Assembly: GCF_027921745.1 (NCBI RefSeq)
Contig: NC_079238.1
Span: 1,736,001-1,800,000 of the forward strand
DNA length: 64,000 nucleotides
From: Schizosaccharomyces osmophilus
Taxonomy: Eukaryota
Reading direction: 5' to 3'
The notes beneath the pieces are model-generated. The model was not told the DNA's origin, ran no database searches, and saw only the letters and a program-made list of their open reading frames with translations. Positions within the stretch are counted from its first letter, which is position 1; every line of letters begins with the position of its first letter. Below are positions 36,596-47,399 of this stretch, piece by piece. The translations under genes were made by a program, and so were the position numbers.

Positions 36596-37370
36596 ATCAA
36601 ATCAGTCCCGAAATCCATCTCAAGTCTTACGAAGATTTAAGACATTCAACCAAAACCAAACAAGCCTATTTTTGTAAAATGATTTTTTTCTCTGCGGTCG
36701 TAAGGAATCATAATCACTGGAACGATGCTAAGCATCATTCCTTGTAATATAATGCAAAGCAGGATATACTTGTAAGCATATGCTTTTTGTATTATCCTTA
36801 TATGCTTTTGAAATGTAAAAATTTACCACCTTTTAAAAATTAAGAATATGTTTATATGATGTTAATATGTTAAATTATTTACTAAATGCTTGTAAAGCAG
36901 GCCCTGTATGTTCCTATGTTAGATATATGTTATTTGAATTGAATGATATGATTCATGCTCTTGCAGAATCATTTATTAAAATTTATGTTACAATAGTTAG
37001 ATTGCTACCAATTACAGGTTGCAGTTAAAACTAAAAGACTATTGCAAAGGAAGTAGAATACTGGGTTCATAGCCTCTCTTTTTTCTAAATAGACTGGCTA
37101 ACATATTCAGGTCGATTCATTCCTAAACACAAACAGTTTTTACTTAGGATGAACTGTTTAACTATTAAGGAAACCAAGTGATCTAGTGCCCTTTCAGAAT
37201 ACAATTTCTAATAAAAGCTTATTTCCAGACAAGTCTAAAATATTATATATTTCCTCAACTAGAACTAGACTGAATTAAAATCCCAATATAAACACCAAAT
37301 AATAATATAGCGGTACCCAAAATTTTTACTTCAAACATCCAAAACCTATAAATGAACAAAATACACTACT

Positions 37371-38818
37371 TCAGTGTCTTGTTTTACGAACCTCGTTTGG
37401 ATTCTTTCTACCAGCACCAACGCTGATACGCATATGTTCCTTGGGGGCACCGGTCAACAGAGAAGGCAAATAATCTTGGTCCATGAGATCGACTTCCTTC
37501 TTGCGCTGCATATAACGAACAGCCTTTTGATATTCCGGCTGATCCCCACGCAAAACAGGATTTTTCTTACCTTTACCACTTGCTGTACCGTGAACTGGTT
37601 TAGGGATAGCATATTTCGTACCGCGGGTCTTCCATTCAAAGTTCTTTTTCAAGTGGACCTGAAATTCACCTTTGGAATTTATGCTACAGGTGGTTTTGAT
37701 TAGGGTATCACCTCCGCAGGAAGGACAGAACGTTTTCGACATGTCATTAACAACAGCAAAGCAACCATGACAGCGAAGTACAAAGCGCTTAACGTTTTGA
37801 ATCTTCATTCCATCTGAAGAAACCAAATTTAAGCCTATTTGTAACATAACATTTTGCATAGCAAAGTCAGTTGTTGCACATGCAACCTTCAAGTGAGACG
37901 GTTGAACGACGCTTTCACCAGCACCATCCTGGGCCTTCTTCTTGCGAATATTGGAAGGCGTAATCCAACCATCATCTTCCTCCTCTCGGTCTTCTTGTTC
38001 TTCCTCCGTTAATTTCGGATTTTCATCACTGCTAGAAGCACCATTTTCATTTTCGTTTTCATCCCTCTTTTGCTGCTCCATCACCGATTCTTGGTTTTGT
38101 TCAGACTTTTCCACAGCTTCCTTCTTGTCTTCGAGTGGCAACGAGTTTTCTTTTCCATTTAATTCATTGTTAAGATTAGCCGGAGGCTTTCCGTTAATTC
38201 GCTTCTGACCGGGATATTGACGAAGTCTCCAATCTCCTCCATTGAATTCAAATTCAAGTTCGTACGTCAGGGCAAGGATGTGAATATCTGTAATGGATAA
38301 AGAAGCAAAATCACCAGTTTTTTTTGCAAAATCAGAAACTACATCAAAGGTTAATACTAATCCCCGTATAAGCCTCGCATATGTATGCACGGTACGAGAA
38401 TATAAAGAAAAACAACCCCCAAAGGAAAGTCATAGCAACAGCAACAACACAACTCGCTTTGCTTTTTGCAGCTTCCTATACATCACACTGTTGTTCCACC
38501 CATTCTTGCATACAAAGTTTGGGAATTTGTTTTTACTTTGTGAAGAAATTGTTTCCACCAAATCCAAAGTTTACTCTCCACGTCCATTCATAAGCAAAAC
38601 TTCACGAAAAACTTACCTTTTTTTATAAACTCTTGCTTGGGAACTCGCTGGATGACTTTACCGCCCCAGAGCTCAAAATTTCTACGTGAAGCTTCATCTC
38701 GAATTTCTTGAACAACTCGAGGTGTAGTATAAAATTTCTCAGCAGAATTCCTCAAAAGAGAGCTTGAGCATATAATCCCACCAGTATCCAAAACGAGGTG
38801 AGTAATTGATTTACTCAT
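37371..38818 (-). CDS. nob1: 20S pre-rRNA D-site endonuclease Nob1; exons 38818-38617, 38338-37371
   Basis: PIN motifs LVLDTG, EIRD and TGDFASLSITD..ILALTYE; GWITPSN; TTDFAMQN; zinc ribbon CHGC..CPSCG. 278-nt intron. Confidence 0.95.
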
Positions 38819-39187
38819 AGTATCATGAAATAATATGGTTTAAGACAAATTCATTGACACCCTACATGATAACTACCCTTCTCGTTCTAGCTCGATAAGA
38901 TTTGGCGATGCAGCATAGCTCGTTGTTTCCTTTAACGAAAGTAAGGACCCATTATTTGCTAAATAATATAAACAAGAGTCTCCAAATACCAATTTATTGC
39001 CATATGGACAAGTTTGCATTTTCCTAGTTTTTTGGCGTTTTCTGGGTCTCGTGTTGAAACAGGGTGTTGTAGACGGAAAGAGCATTTGACAGTATCAGGT
39101 AGGAGTGGATTATTTATGGTTTTCTTGCGTCAAGTTTTTTGATTGTTGCAGCGAACGAACCGGTTTCTGTTGGTTTAATGTAAAAGA

Positions 39188-40492
39188 ATGATTAAGGAAA
39201 CATTCATTGACGAAAATAGGGAGTTAATTTCAGATGAATTGGTTGCTCTACAGTCCATTTATCCTGAACTTGAACTGGATGGCAACAATTGTGGTCGCGT
39301 TTCCATCCCCGTGTCAACAGAAGACACTTTCTATTTGTCTTTTCCGGACTTACAGACGAATAGATTAGATACTATAGCGGTGAAACATTTTCCTGCTATA
39401 GAATTAGAGTTTTTTCTTCGGCAAGGATATCCTCAAAAGTCGCCGCCGGTTTTCTTTGTAAAGTCATCATGGCTTCCTATGAAACAACAGCGTGCTTTAA
39501 CATCCTCTATGGTGGCATTGTGGAATGAGATTCATGACTGTGTTTTGTTTGATGCGATTGAACTTTTGCGCTCTGATGCATCATCGGCATTTCAATGTCC
39601 GAAGGAGATGGTCTTTCCATCAGGCTCAGAGAACTTGAAACAAGAATTCCTTGCAACAGATAAGCATGCGACTTTAACGGAGTTTGAGAGTCGTAAATTT
39701 GTGTGCTTGATTTGTTTTGATCAATTCAACGGCAAAGATTGCTTTCAGCTATCTCGGTGTGGTCATGTATGCTGTAAGCAATGCCTTACCGATTATTATT
39801 CTGTTTGCGTTGAAGAAGGGATGTTTTCTCAGTTAAAGTGTGTCGATTTGGAGTGTGCTAAAACTGCTCCTATTCTGTCACTCGAGGAAATGGAAATGAT
39901 AGTAGGTATGGAATTGACAAAGAGATTCCAGGAATTAGACGAAAAGCGGAGGTATGAAAATGATACAAATATTGTATTTTGTCCACGTAAATCATGTCAA
40001 GGCCCGGCAAGACGAGATCCGGGTCAAAAACTTGCAATCTGTCTCAAGTGTGATTTTGCTTTTTGTTCCTTTTGTCAAGCATCATGGCATGGCGACTTGT
40101 CTGCTTGTAGACTTCAGGGTGATTCTAAAAAATTAGTGAAAATGTATTTGGAGCATCTTGAAACAGACAAAGACAAGGCTGAAGAGCTTGAAAAACGGTA
40201 TGGTAAACGCATTCTGGACAAGCTCGTCGAGCAAGTTAAGAACGATGAAGAAGCTGAACGTTGGGCTCTTTTGAACGGTCAGCGTTGCCCTACTTGCGAT
40301 CGGGTAGTTGAGAGAATTGATGGATGCTGTCACATGATTTGTCTTTGCGGGTCTCATTTTTGCTTTCTCTGTGGTGCTTATCTCATGATAGCAAATCCTT
40401 ATATACACTTCAATGACCCTAGTAGTACGTGTTATGCGATGTTGTTTGCTTCTCCAGAAGAAAAACAACGCTTTTCAGAAAACTGGTTATGA
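39188..40492 (+). CDS. itt1: RWD-RBR ubiquitin ligase Itt1 (RNF14-like)
   Basis: RWD domain (DELVALQSIYP, GYP..SPP), RING1, IBR and RING2 (CPTC..ERIDGCCHM.C.CGSHFC). Confidence 0.9.
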   Translation: MIKETFIDENRELISDELVALQSIYPELELDGNNCGRVSIPVSTEDTFYLSFPDLQTNRLDTIAVKHFPAIELEFFLRQGYPQKSPPVFFVKSSWLPMKQQRALTSSMVALWNEIHDCVLFDAIELLRSDASSAFQCPKEMVFPSGSENLKQEFLATDKHATLTEFESRKFVCLICFDQFNGKDCFQLSRCGHVCCKQCLTDYYSVCVEEGMFSQLKCVDLECAKTAPILSLEEMEMIVGMELTKRFQELDEKRRYENDTNIVFCPRKSCQGPARRDPGQKLAICLKCDFAFCSFCQASWHGDLSACRLQGDSKKLVKMYLEHLETDKDKAEELEKRYGKRILDKLVEQVKNDEEAERWALLNGQRCPTCDRVVERIDGCCHMICLCGSHFCFLCGAYLMIANPYIHFNDPSSTCYAMLFASPEEKQRFSENWL

Positions 40493-40630
40493 TTCCAAAC
40501 AAACCCTGAAAAGCATTATGCAAATTAGAAGGATAAAAATTTTTCAAGAAGATATAGAAACGTACATTTTAGGATTCTAGATTATTTATTTATCTATTAG
40601 TAATACCTTTTTTTGAATGGATTTGTGAAA

Positions 40631-41533
40631 CTACGGATTAGAGGGATTAGGGAAAGAGTGTAGGCTCTTCATAAATGCTCGCACGACTGAGAAATCCTCA
40701 GTAGAAAATGTACCGTCGGCATTATTATCTGCATTTGTATTTTCGTTATTATCTGATTCCTGTGCATCTTTGATTTGGGAACTTGGATTATCAGACATAT
40801 TCTGAGAGTATGTATATCCTCCTTGAGGATGGTACTGAGGCATTCTTTCAATTTTCTTTAAAGCCGTTTGAAGACTATGAGTAGCATTCAACTACAGAAG
40901 AATTGTTAGTCAATTTAACTTTTTCCTAATTGGTGTTGCACTTACCATTCTAGTTGCCAGTAATGAATATGCATTGGGAGCCATGTAAATATTTTCGTTA
41001 CAAACAAAATAAGTATTTAATGGTCGTACTTTGTAGTGTTAGTGTTTGTTGGAGGGGGGATGAAAGGTGATTAATCCAGCATGCATACCTTCTTGCTCAT
41101 TGAGCCGATGTTGTTTTTGAATAATCCATAAAAAGGGAGGTCTTTCATGAGTTACAACGAACTGTGTTCCGGTCAATCTTCTTAAATGATTATTCAGGTC
41201 ACCCAAATCGAGAGCATTAAACTGAGATTGCATTTTTAGCATCTGATTGTTGGATTTATGATCATAAAAGGGAGAAAATGAAAAGTAATCAAGAACTGAA
41301 ACTGTCAGTATAAGCTGGGAAAAAGCATCGTACAGGAGCAGGGCTTACGCTCCACTGTTTATATAGACTTTTCAGAACGAGCATCTTAAAATAAGTAGGA
41401 AAAAATCAGAGAACGTGCCCGCAGGATTCATCGTAAACATACCATTTTCGGTCCGCAGACCTCCCACAGATTGTACCCATTCAGGCATCCGCCATTGTAT
41501 ATTGCTGAGATCGAGAGAAGGTGTAGATGACAT
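40631..41533 (-). CDS. med6: Mediator subunit Med6; exons 41533-41443, 41295-41089, 41028-40946, 40891-40631
   Basis: DLSNIQWRMPEW..GLRTEN-VLDYFSFSPFYD.KSNNQMLKMQ; IYMAPN.YSLL.TR. Three canonical introns. Confidence 0.93.
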
Positions 41534-42186
41534 GATTCTATTGATAAAAACAAGAGTTATACTACCAAGAAAAGTAAAAATTAAATAGAACTTTTGAGAA
41601 TAATAAATAATGACAGTTTTCACGCAGACGAATTGTAAACTGCAAGAGAGAGTCGAACTTCGTTATTTAGTAGGAAAAAATTATTTACTTTGGAGAAAGA
41701 AAGGTAAAGGATGACAAAATAATGGTATTAATTCAGAAACACTCGATGATAGTGATAGCAGGTAGTATCCATAGACTCGTCGGTAGGAGAGTCAACTATA
41801 TTTTGGTTTGGCTTGAACATTGTACAATCCTAGTATGACTGAATTATATACGCTTGGCAGTAGGTTTTTGATATTTGCTTTTCTTAATTGCATGAATTAC
41901 TACGGAAAAAACGGCGATGTATAAGCATAGAGAAAGCATATAAAAAAAATGTATTATAAAGCAAGCGGATAACAAACCAAGAATTTATTCGTCGAATGAT
42001 TATCGATCCAAAAAAAATTCTACAATAAATATTTAAAAAAATGAACAGCAGGGTATTATTCGCAACAAGGCATGTACAAAGGAAAGTGATTAAGGATAAC
42101 GCCAAAAATGAATTAACAAAAGTCAAGAAAGACGTTTCATTCGCTTCAGTTTCGGTTCTTCTCTTTACGCAAGGTATAAAATCGTC

Positions 42187-43674
42187 TTAAAGCATATATA
42201 GGAATAGAGGATCCTCGTCATTTTGGGGCTGTTTGGATAGTTCCTTGGGAGTCAATTGCTCCATACAACGTCTTTTCGAAGCATTCTTAGCTGAATAGTA
42301 TAAGATAGTCAGGATGTGCAAAACGGTTGCGATGCCAATGGCAACTAAAGAGGTAGCATGGCCAGCTACGTACTTGGGCGGAAACTGATACACTTGGCCA
42401 GAGAGAATACCAGCAGAGTTTGCAATTGCCATTTGCATACTAATAGCTGTTGCACGCTTGTAATGAGGTGCAACATTAGCGCTCAACCAAGTGACATTAA
42501 GACCAGCGCCGGTGTAAATTCCCAAGGAGCATAAATAGCAAGCAAAGTATAAAACATCGTTTTTTCCTTGACAGGTTAGCAGCAATATATAACCGATGAT
42601 GGGGAAGATATTGCTAGCAATCAAAATAAGACCTCTCGATCTAAAGCGATCCGAAAGGAAAGAGGCTACGATGTAGACGACAGCACCAAGGATATACACT
42701 GGGATGGTAAGGTATTGAACGGAAAGAGATTGATGGCCCATTCCTTGGATAATGGCGGGAAGAAAGGTACTGAAACCGTACAAGCAAGTATCCTGCCCAA
42801 ATTCAGCAAGAGAGGAAAGGTAAATTTTTTTATCTTTAAAAGCGTCGAAAATGCTTTTCCAGTCGAATTGATCTGCCAAATCCGAGCGTCGCTGTTCTTT
42901 ACGATGACGAACCATATCCCGATAGGGCTCAGACAGGAACCAAGCCTTTGCGGGATCATTGGGAATGATAAAATACCCAAGGACTCCAGAAACGAATCCA
43001 ATCAACCCTTCAATGATAAACAACCAACGCCATCCAGCGTAGCCTCCGACATTTTGCATATGCAAAATGGCATAGGCAAAAAGGCCACTGAAGGCACCGG
43101 AAAGTGCTGAAGCAGCGAATAGATATGCAATGCGTGGTGCCAGCTCGTCTCTAGAGTAAATCATGGTTAAATATACTGTGAGGCAAGGAAACAGACCTGC
43201 CTCACAGGCACCTAAAACAAGGCGAGTAACAAGAAACCCGGCAAAGTTCTGAACGAATCCAGTGAATATTGTTGTAAGCGAAAAAGTAAGAACGATGAGA
43301 GTGAGCATTTGCTTTGGCTGGACTTTCTTGATCAACAAAGTGATGGGTATTTCTAACAAAATAAAAGTGACATAAAATAAGCTCGTTACAATATTGAATT
43401 GGTTTCCTTTCAAGTGTAAATCTTCAGACATGCCAGCGACTTTTGCGTTGCCAATGTTGGTACGATCCAAAAAGGCAATTAAATAAAAGATCATGATTGT
43501 AGGAGCTAAAACCAAATCTAAACGCCTCAGCAAACGTTTTCTCTCATCCATGGAAAGCTCTCTTTCCACAAGGCTATTCGATGATGAGCCCGTAGAATCG
43601 TTTTTTTTCTCGTCTACGATAACATGGTCTATTTTGGAAGTCGCTTTATCCGAACCTGAAGACTCAGTAGACAT
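42187..43674 (-). CDS. MFS anion:cation symporter, Dal5/Tna1 (allantoate/nicotinate permease) family
   Basis: Motifs FLDRTNIGNAK, RLVLGACEAG, GWRWLFIIEG, LSDR and KRATA; about 12 hydrophobic segments; first ATG at 43674. Confidence 0.9.
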   Translation of the reverse strand: MSTESSGSDKATSKIDHVIVDEKKNDSTGSSSNSLVERELSMDERKRLLRRLDLVLAPTIMIFYLIAFLDRTNIGNAKVAGMSEDLHLKGNQFNIVTSLFYVTFILLEIPITLLIKKVQPKQMLTLIVLTFSLTTIFTGFVQNFAGFLVTRLVLGACEAGLFPCLTVYLTMIYSRDELAPRIAYLFAASALSGAFSGLFAYAILHMQNVGGYAGWRWLFIIEGLIGFVSGVLGYFIIPNDPAKAWFLSEPYRDMVRHRKEQRRSDLADQFDWKSIFDAFKDKKIYLSSLAEFGQDTCLYGFSTFLPAIIQGMGHQSLSVQYLTIPVYILGAVVYIVASFLSDRFRSRGLILIASNIFPIIGYILLLTCQGKNDVLYFACYLCSLGIYTGAGLNVTWLSANVAPHYKRATAISMQMAIANSAGILSGQVYQFPPKYVAGHATSLVAIGIATVLHILTILYYSAKNASKRRCMEQLTPKELSKQPQNDEDPLFLYML

Positions 43675-44857
43675 AATGGAAATGTTATTGAATAAGATAG
43701 AAAATAGTAAAGTAACTTTTACTCGTTTTCCCCGAAATGAATTAGACAAGGACTATGTGAGGACGAACCCTTCTACCGGAGAGACGACAAACCTTTTGAA
43801 TAAGACAACAAGAAAAAAAGGAACGCGAAAAGATACCTTTTTTTTCAACTTAAGAGAAACCAAATTGAACCAACAAGAAAGATGAAAGAGGCAGAAATCA
43901 AAAATCGGTGGCGAAAATCGACAAGACAGACTTCCAAAAGAATTTATAGGTATCCAAAAAGACAAAAAAGAATTGTTATTCTCGATTGTTGTTCTGTGTG
44001 TGTCTCCTCAAGAGGACTTTATGTATAAAAAAAAAAAGAGATCATTAATGTTTATACCGGGTAACTGGAAAAACAGTCCAACGGATTTATCGGATATAAT
44101 CAAATATGATTCGACATTAATTAAGAAACGAAACCTTATAATACTAAACGAAAAACCCCGCAACGAGCATGCATGTTTCTCTCGGTTTTGTTTCTTTTTT
44201 TATTGTTTTGTGTTTTATTTCTAAATTAGAATTTGATGAAATTAATTCCAATCGAATTCTCGCCTTGTGAGAACCTGTATTCAGTGTTGTAGGATACTTT
44301 GGATACGGGATTTCGGGTATGATTTTAGTCGGAAATTCGCGCATTACGACATAGAATCAACAAATACCATACTAAAGAGGAATCGTAAGATAATATTTAC
44401 TAGCATTCAGAGGCATTGATTTTCTATGGTTGAGAGTAGGAAAGAAGAAGGAAGGAGGAAGAAGAAAAATCAAAAAGGTGTTTGAAAGAAATCTTACAAT
44501 CGAAACCAGCTTTTATGGACGGGTGGAAACGCATCGTCAAGAGGGTTTCTTTGGTAGATTTTTATAAAGATAGGAACATTCTTAGGTTATGAAATCTTTT
44601 TAGATCATGACGGCAGCAAACAAGATCATTACGATGGCGTTGAGATGATGAAAAAGGATAGACTTTTGCTAAAAAGAAGATCCGAATTGAACAATGGACT
44701 TTTTGAAACTAAGAAATCCTTCCTATGGGAAAACAGGGAAAAAGTGAGAATCTAGTAATATGGGCAAGTCTGTGTAAATTGTCATATCATTCCTTTAAAA
44801 CCATTGGGTTCCACAAAGTTCAAGTTGTTATACTTTTGAGGGTGCGTGACTCAGGGC

Positions 44858-45478
44858 CTAAGCAGTGGCGCCGTAGAGCCGATCGCCAATGTCGCCAATG
44901 CCAGGGACGAGGTAACCTTTGTCATCGAGGCTCTTGTCGATGGCACCAAAGACAAACTCGACATTAGGAGTGTCGTTGAAACGAGCAACAGCTTGTGCAC
45001 TTGCCAAAACACTAACAAAGACAATGTGCTTGCAGCCCCATTCTTGGAGAGTAGTAATCACCGCCTGAGCAGTACCACCAGTAGCCATAACGGGGTCCAA
45101 CACAATGGCGACTTCTGTAGAATGTTTGGGAAGCTTGTTGTAATACTCAATGGGCTGCAGAGAGCTTTTTTCTCGGAAAATTCCGATATGGTAGATTGGA
45201 ACATCTGGCAATACTTTGGAGAAAGCACTCATCATTGACATGCCGGAACGAAGGACTGGGATTACGGACACGGAGGAAACGTCCAAACACTTTGTAGACT
45301 CGTAGGCCAAGAATCGAGAAATCTCATCCACCACACTGCGCACTTGGGAAGGCTTCAAGGACAAGTCACGAAGAATGGAAATTAATTCGTTGACAACAGG
45401 ATGATCCGAAATAGTTATGTTTTTCATGGTTTCTACAGAGGAGGAAGAAAAAACAATCGAATTGGCAGTGTTTGTCAT
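44858..45478 (-). CDS. urg2: Uracil phosphoribosyltransferase, Upp/URC6-like
   Basis: Motifs PVLRSG, IVLDPVMATGGT (PRPP loop) and YLVPGIGDIGDRLYG. The start could instead be the second ATG at 45427. Confidence 0.9.
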   Translation of the reverse strand: MTNTANSIVFSSSSVETMKNITISDHPVVNELISILRDLSLKPSQVRSVVDEISRFLAYESTKCLDVSSVSVIPVLRSGMSMMSAFSKVLPDVPIYHIGIFREKSSLQPIEYYNKLPKHSTEVAIVLDPVMATGGTAQAVITTLQEWGCKHIVFVSVLASAQAVARFNDTPNVEFVFGAIDKSLDDKGYLVPGIGDIGDRLYGATA

Positions 45479-45578
45479 TGGAAAAGAATCGTTTCTTGTT
45501 TGTAATGTATTAGAATAGTGTCCAGAATAATAAACAAAGGGCTGGTTTCAACAATGCGAAAAAACCGAAGCAAAAAAA

Positions 45579-45594
45579 ACACACACACACACAC
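45579..45594 (+). repeat. (AC)8 microsatellite in the urg2 5' region
   Basis: Read directly. Confidence 0.85.
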
Positions 45595-45708
45595 AAAGAT
45601 ACTGTTTTCTTTTTAAAAAAGAAAAAGAATGGAATGGATGGATATGCTTCTTTTTGATGGAAACCCTTTGAATTTATAGCATTTTCCCTTTTCTTTGTTT
45701 TCTGGCTT

Positions 45709-45725
45709 CCTCGGCACCTCCGCGG
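45709..45725. promoter_or_regulatory. Palindromic CCNCGG-N5-CCGNGG element, candidate Toe1 site (urg2 side)
   Basis: CCTCGG CACCT CCGCGG, about 30 bp from a minus-strand TATAAA at 45673-45678. Confidence 0.65.
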
Positions 45726-45883
45726 GTCGACCAGCTCTGTATCAGCAGCGGCTTGTTGATAGTACAGTTGGACGGGAATTCTTTCTTATACCATATGCTT
45801 TAAAAGAACAAAACATATGCTTTTAAAATGCGACAAATATGTCCATGAAAGAATGTTTATCCAAGTCTGCGACGGAATCCAAG

Positions 45884-45900
45884 CCGCGGCTTAGCCGTGG
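45884..45900. promoter_or_regulatory. Palindromic CCNCGG-N5-CCGNGG element, candidate Toe1 site (urg3 side)
   Basis: CCGCGG CTTAG CCGTGG; TATAAATA at 45997-46004. Confidence 0.65.
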
Positions 45901-46196
45901 TAAAAAGAAAAATCCACAAAGCTGTGACATACCAGAATGCGTATCTCAAAAAAGCCATTGGGTGGGATAATATCTTTTCCATGAACATTTCTCCTCTATA
46001 AATAACCATTCTTTTCCTTGTGTGAGTCTTCTAGAACCATTGTCCTATCAAGAAACCTTGCCATTTTACAAAGAACCCAAGTTTACGTTCGTTCGTTCTT
46101 TTCCAACTCGTCTTGCTTTCCTGTTCCCCTGAATTCCACCTTGATTGCTTTTCAGAAATTGCTTGCAATAGTGAATTCCTACCCCGTCGTTCCAAT

Positions 46197-47399
46197 ATGA
46201 CTACAGAAACAATTGCAGACATCCTGTCTTTACAAAACATTCGCACCAAGGCTCAGAGAGTTTTGGCCATTGCCGAGAAAAATCGGCTGCATGCTTTTGA
46301 GTACGATCCTAGCAAGCTTGACGCGGTAGCAGATTTTGTGGTATGGGTGGTTCAAAAAGATTTCAAGGGTAAATACGACACAATTCCCCCTCATGGAAGA
46401 TGGCAACACTTTGAGGTTGGAAACATTCCACGTCTCACTCGACTGATACATACTTGGACCGATCAAGGTGTATCTTCTCTTGAAGTCTGCAAGCGTGTTT
46501 TGGACATAACGTTTCTTAGTGTTTTGCTCGATGCTGGTGCCGGGGATACATGGTCGTATTTGGATGGCGTTGAACGCTATGCCCGTAGTGAAGGGTTAGC
46601 GGTCGCCAGTCTTCGTTGCTTTGAGAAAGGTTTGTTCTCTCATGATCCCGAAAACCCATACCAGGTAGACGGTTTAGCTTTAAGCCAACTGAAAACGGAA
46701 GCATTGGCTGAGGGCTTTCAAGTTTCCAAACAAAACCCAATTGCTGGTATAGAGGGAAGAGCATCCATTCTTCGTGCTTTGGGAAACCAATTGCAGAGCT
46801 CTCGTCCTAGTTTTTTTGTTGATTCTATTTTTCCAACGGGAAACTTTGCTTCGGAGTACCTCGATGTTGAAACGCTGTGGTCGGAATTACAAACAGTATT
46901 GATCCCCATTTGGCCTGAGCGTACAAAATATGAGGGAAAGAATATCGGAGATGCTTGGTATTTATCAACCATTGACTCTATGCAGCCTTTCCATAAATTA
47001 ACGCAATGGCTCACTTACTCTCTCTTGGTTCCTTTGAAGCGATTGCTGCACGTACAAGTGGTCAACGAAACACTTTTGACCGGATTACCCGAATACAGAA
47101 ATGGAGGGCTTTTTGTAGACCTTGGCGTACTCAAGCTTCGTCCCGAATATCCCACTACCGAAGAATACGAGCCGGACAGCGTTGTTATCGTCGAGTGGAG
47201 AGCCATGACCATTGTCTTGCTTGATAAGCTACTAAGCTTGGTAAACGAGCGCCTGCGAGAGGAGTTAAAGACCCCATTGTCCTTGGCACAAATGTTGGAA
47301 GCTGGAAGTTGGAAATCCGGAAGAATTATTGCTCGCAAGTTACGACCCACCAGTGCCGGCAGTCCTATTCTCATCAAAAGTGATGGTACATTGTTTTAG
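46197..47399 (+). CDS. urg3: DUF1688/URC4-family uracil catabolism protein
   Basis: Motifs IPPHGRWQHF, LLDAGAG..W, RSEGLAVAS, PFHKLTQWLTYSL, TGLPEYRNGGL, VEWRA and SDGTLF. Confidence 0.93.
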   Translation: MTTETIADILSLQNIRTKAQRVLAIAEKNRLHAFEYDPSKLDAVADFVVWVVQKDFKGKYDTIPPHGRWQHFEVGNIPRLTRLIHTWTDQGVSSLEVCKRVLDITFLSVLLDAGAGDTWSYLDGVERYARSEGLAVASLRCFEKGLFSHDPENPYQVDGLALSQLKTEALAEGFQVSKQNPIAGIEGRASILRALGNQLQSSRPSFFVDSIFPTGNFASEYLDVETLWSELQTVLIPIWPERTKYEGKNIGDAWYLSTIDSMQPFHKLTQWLTYSLLVPLKRLLHVQVVNETLLTGLPEYRNGGLFVDLGVLKLRPEYPTTEEYEPDSVVIVEWRAMTIVLLDKLLSLVNERLREELKTPLSLAQMLEAGSWKSGRIIARKLRPTSAGSPILIKSDGTLF

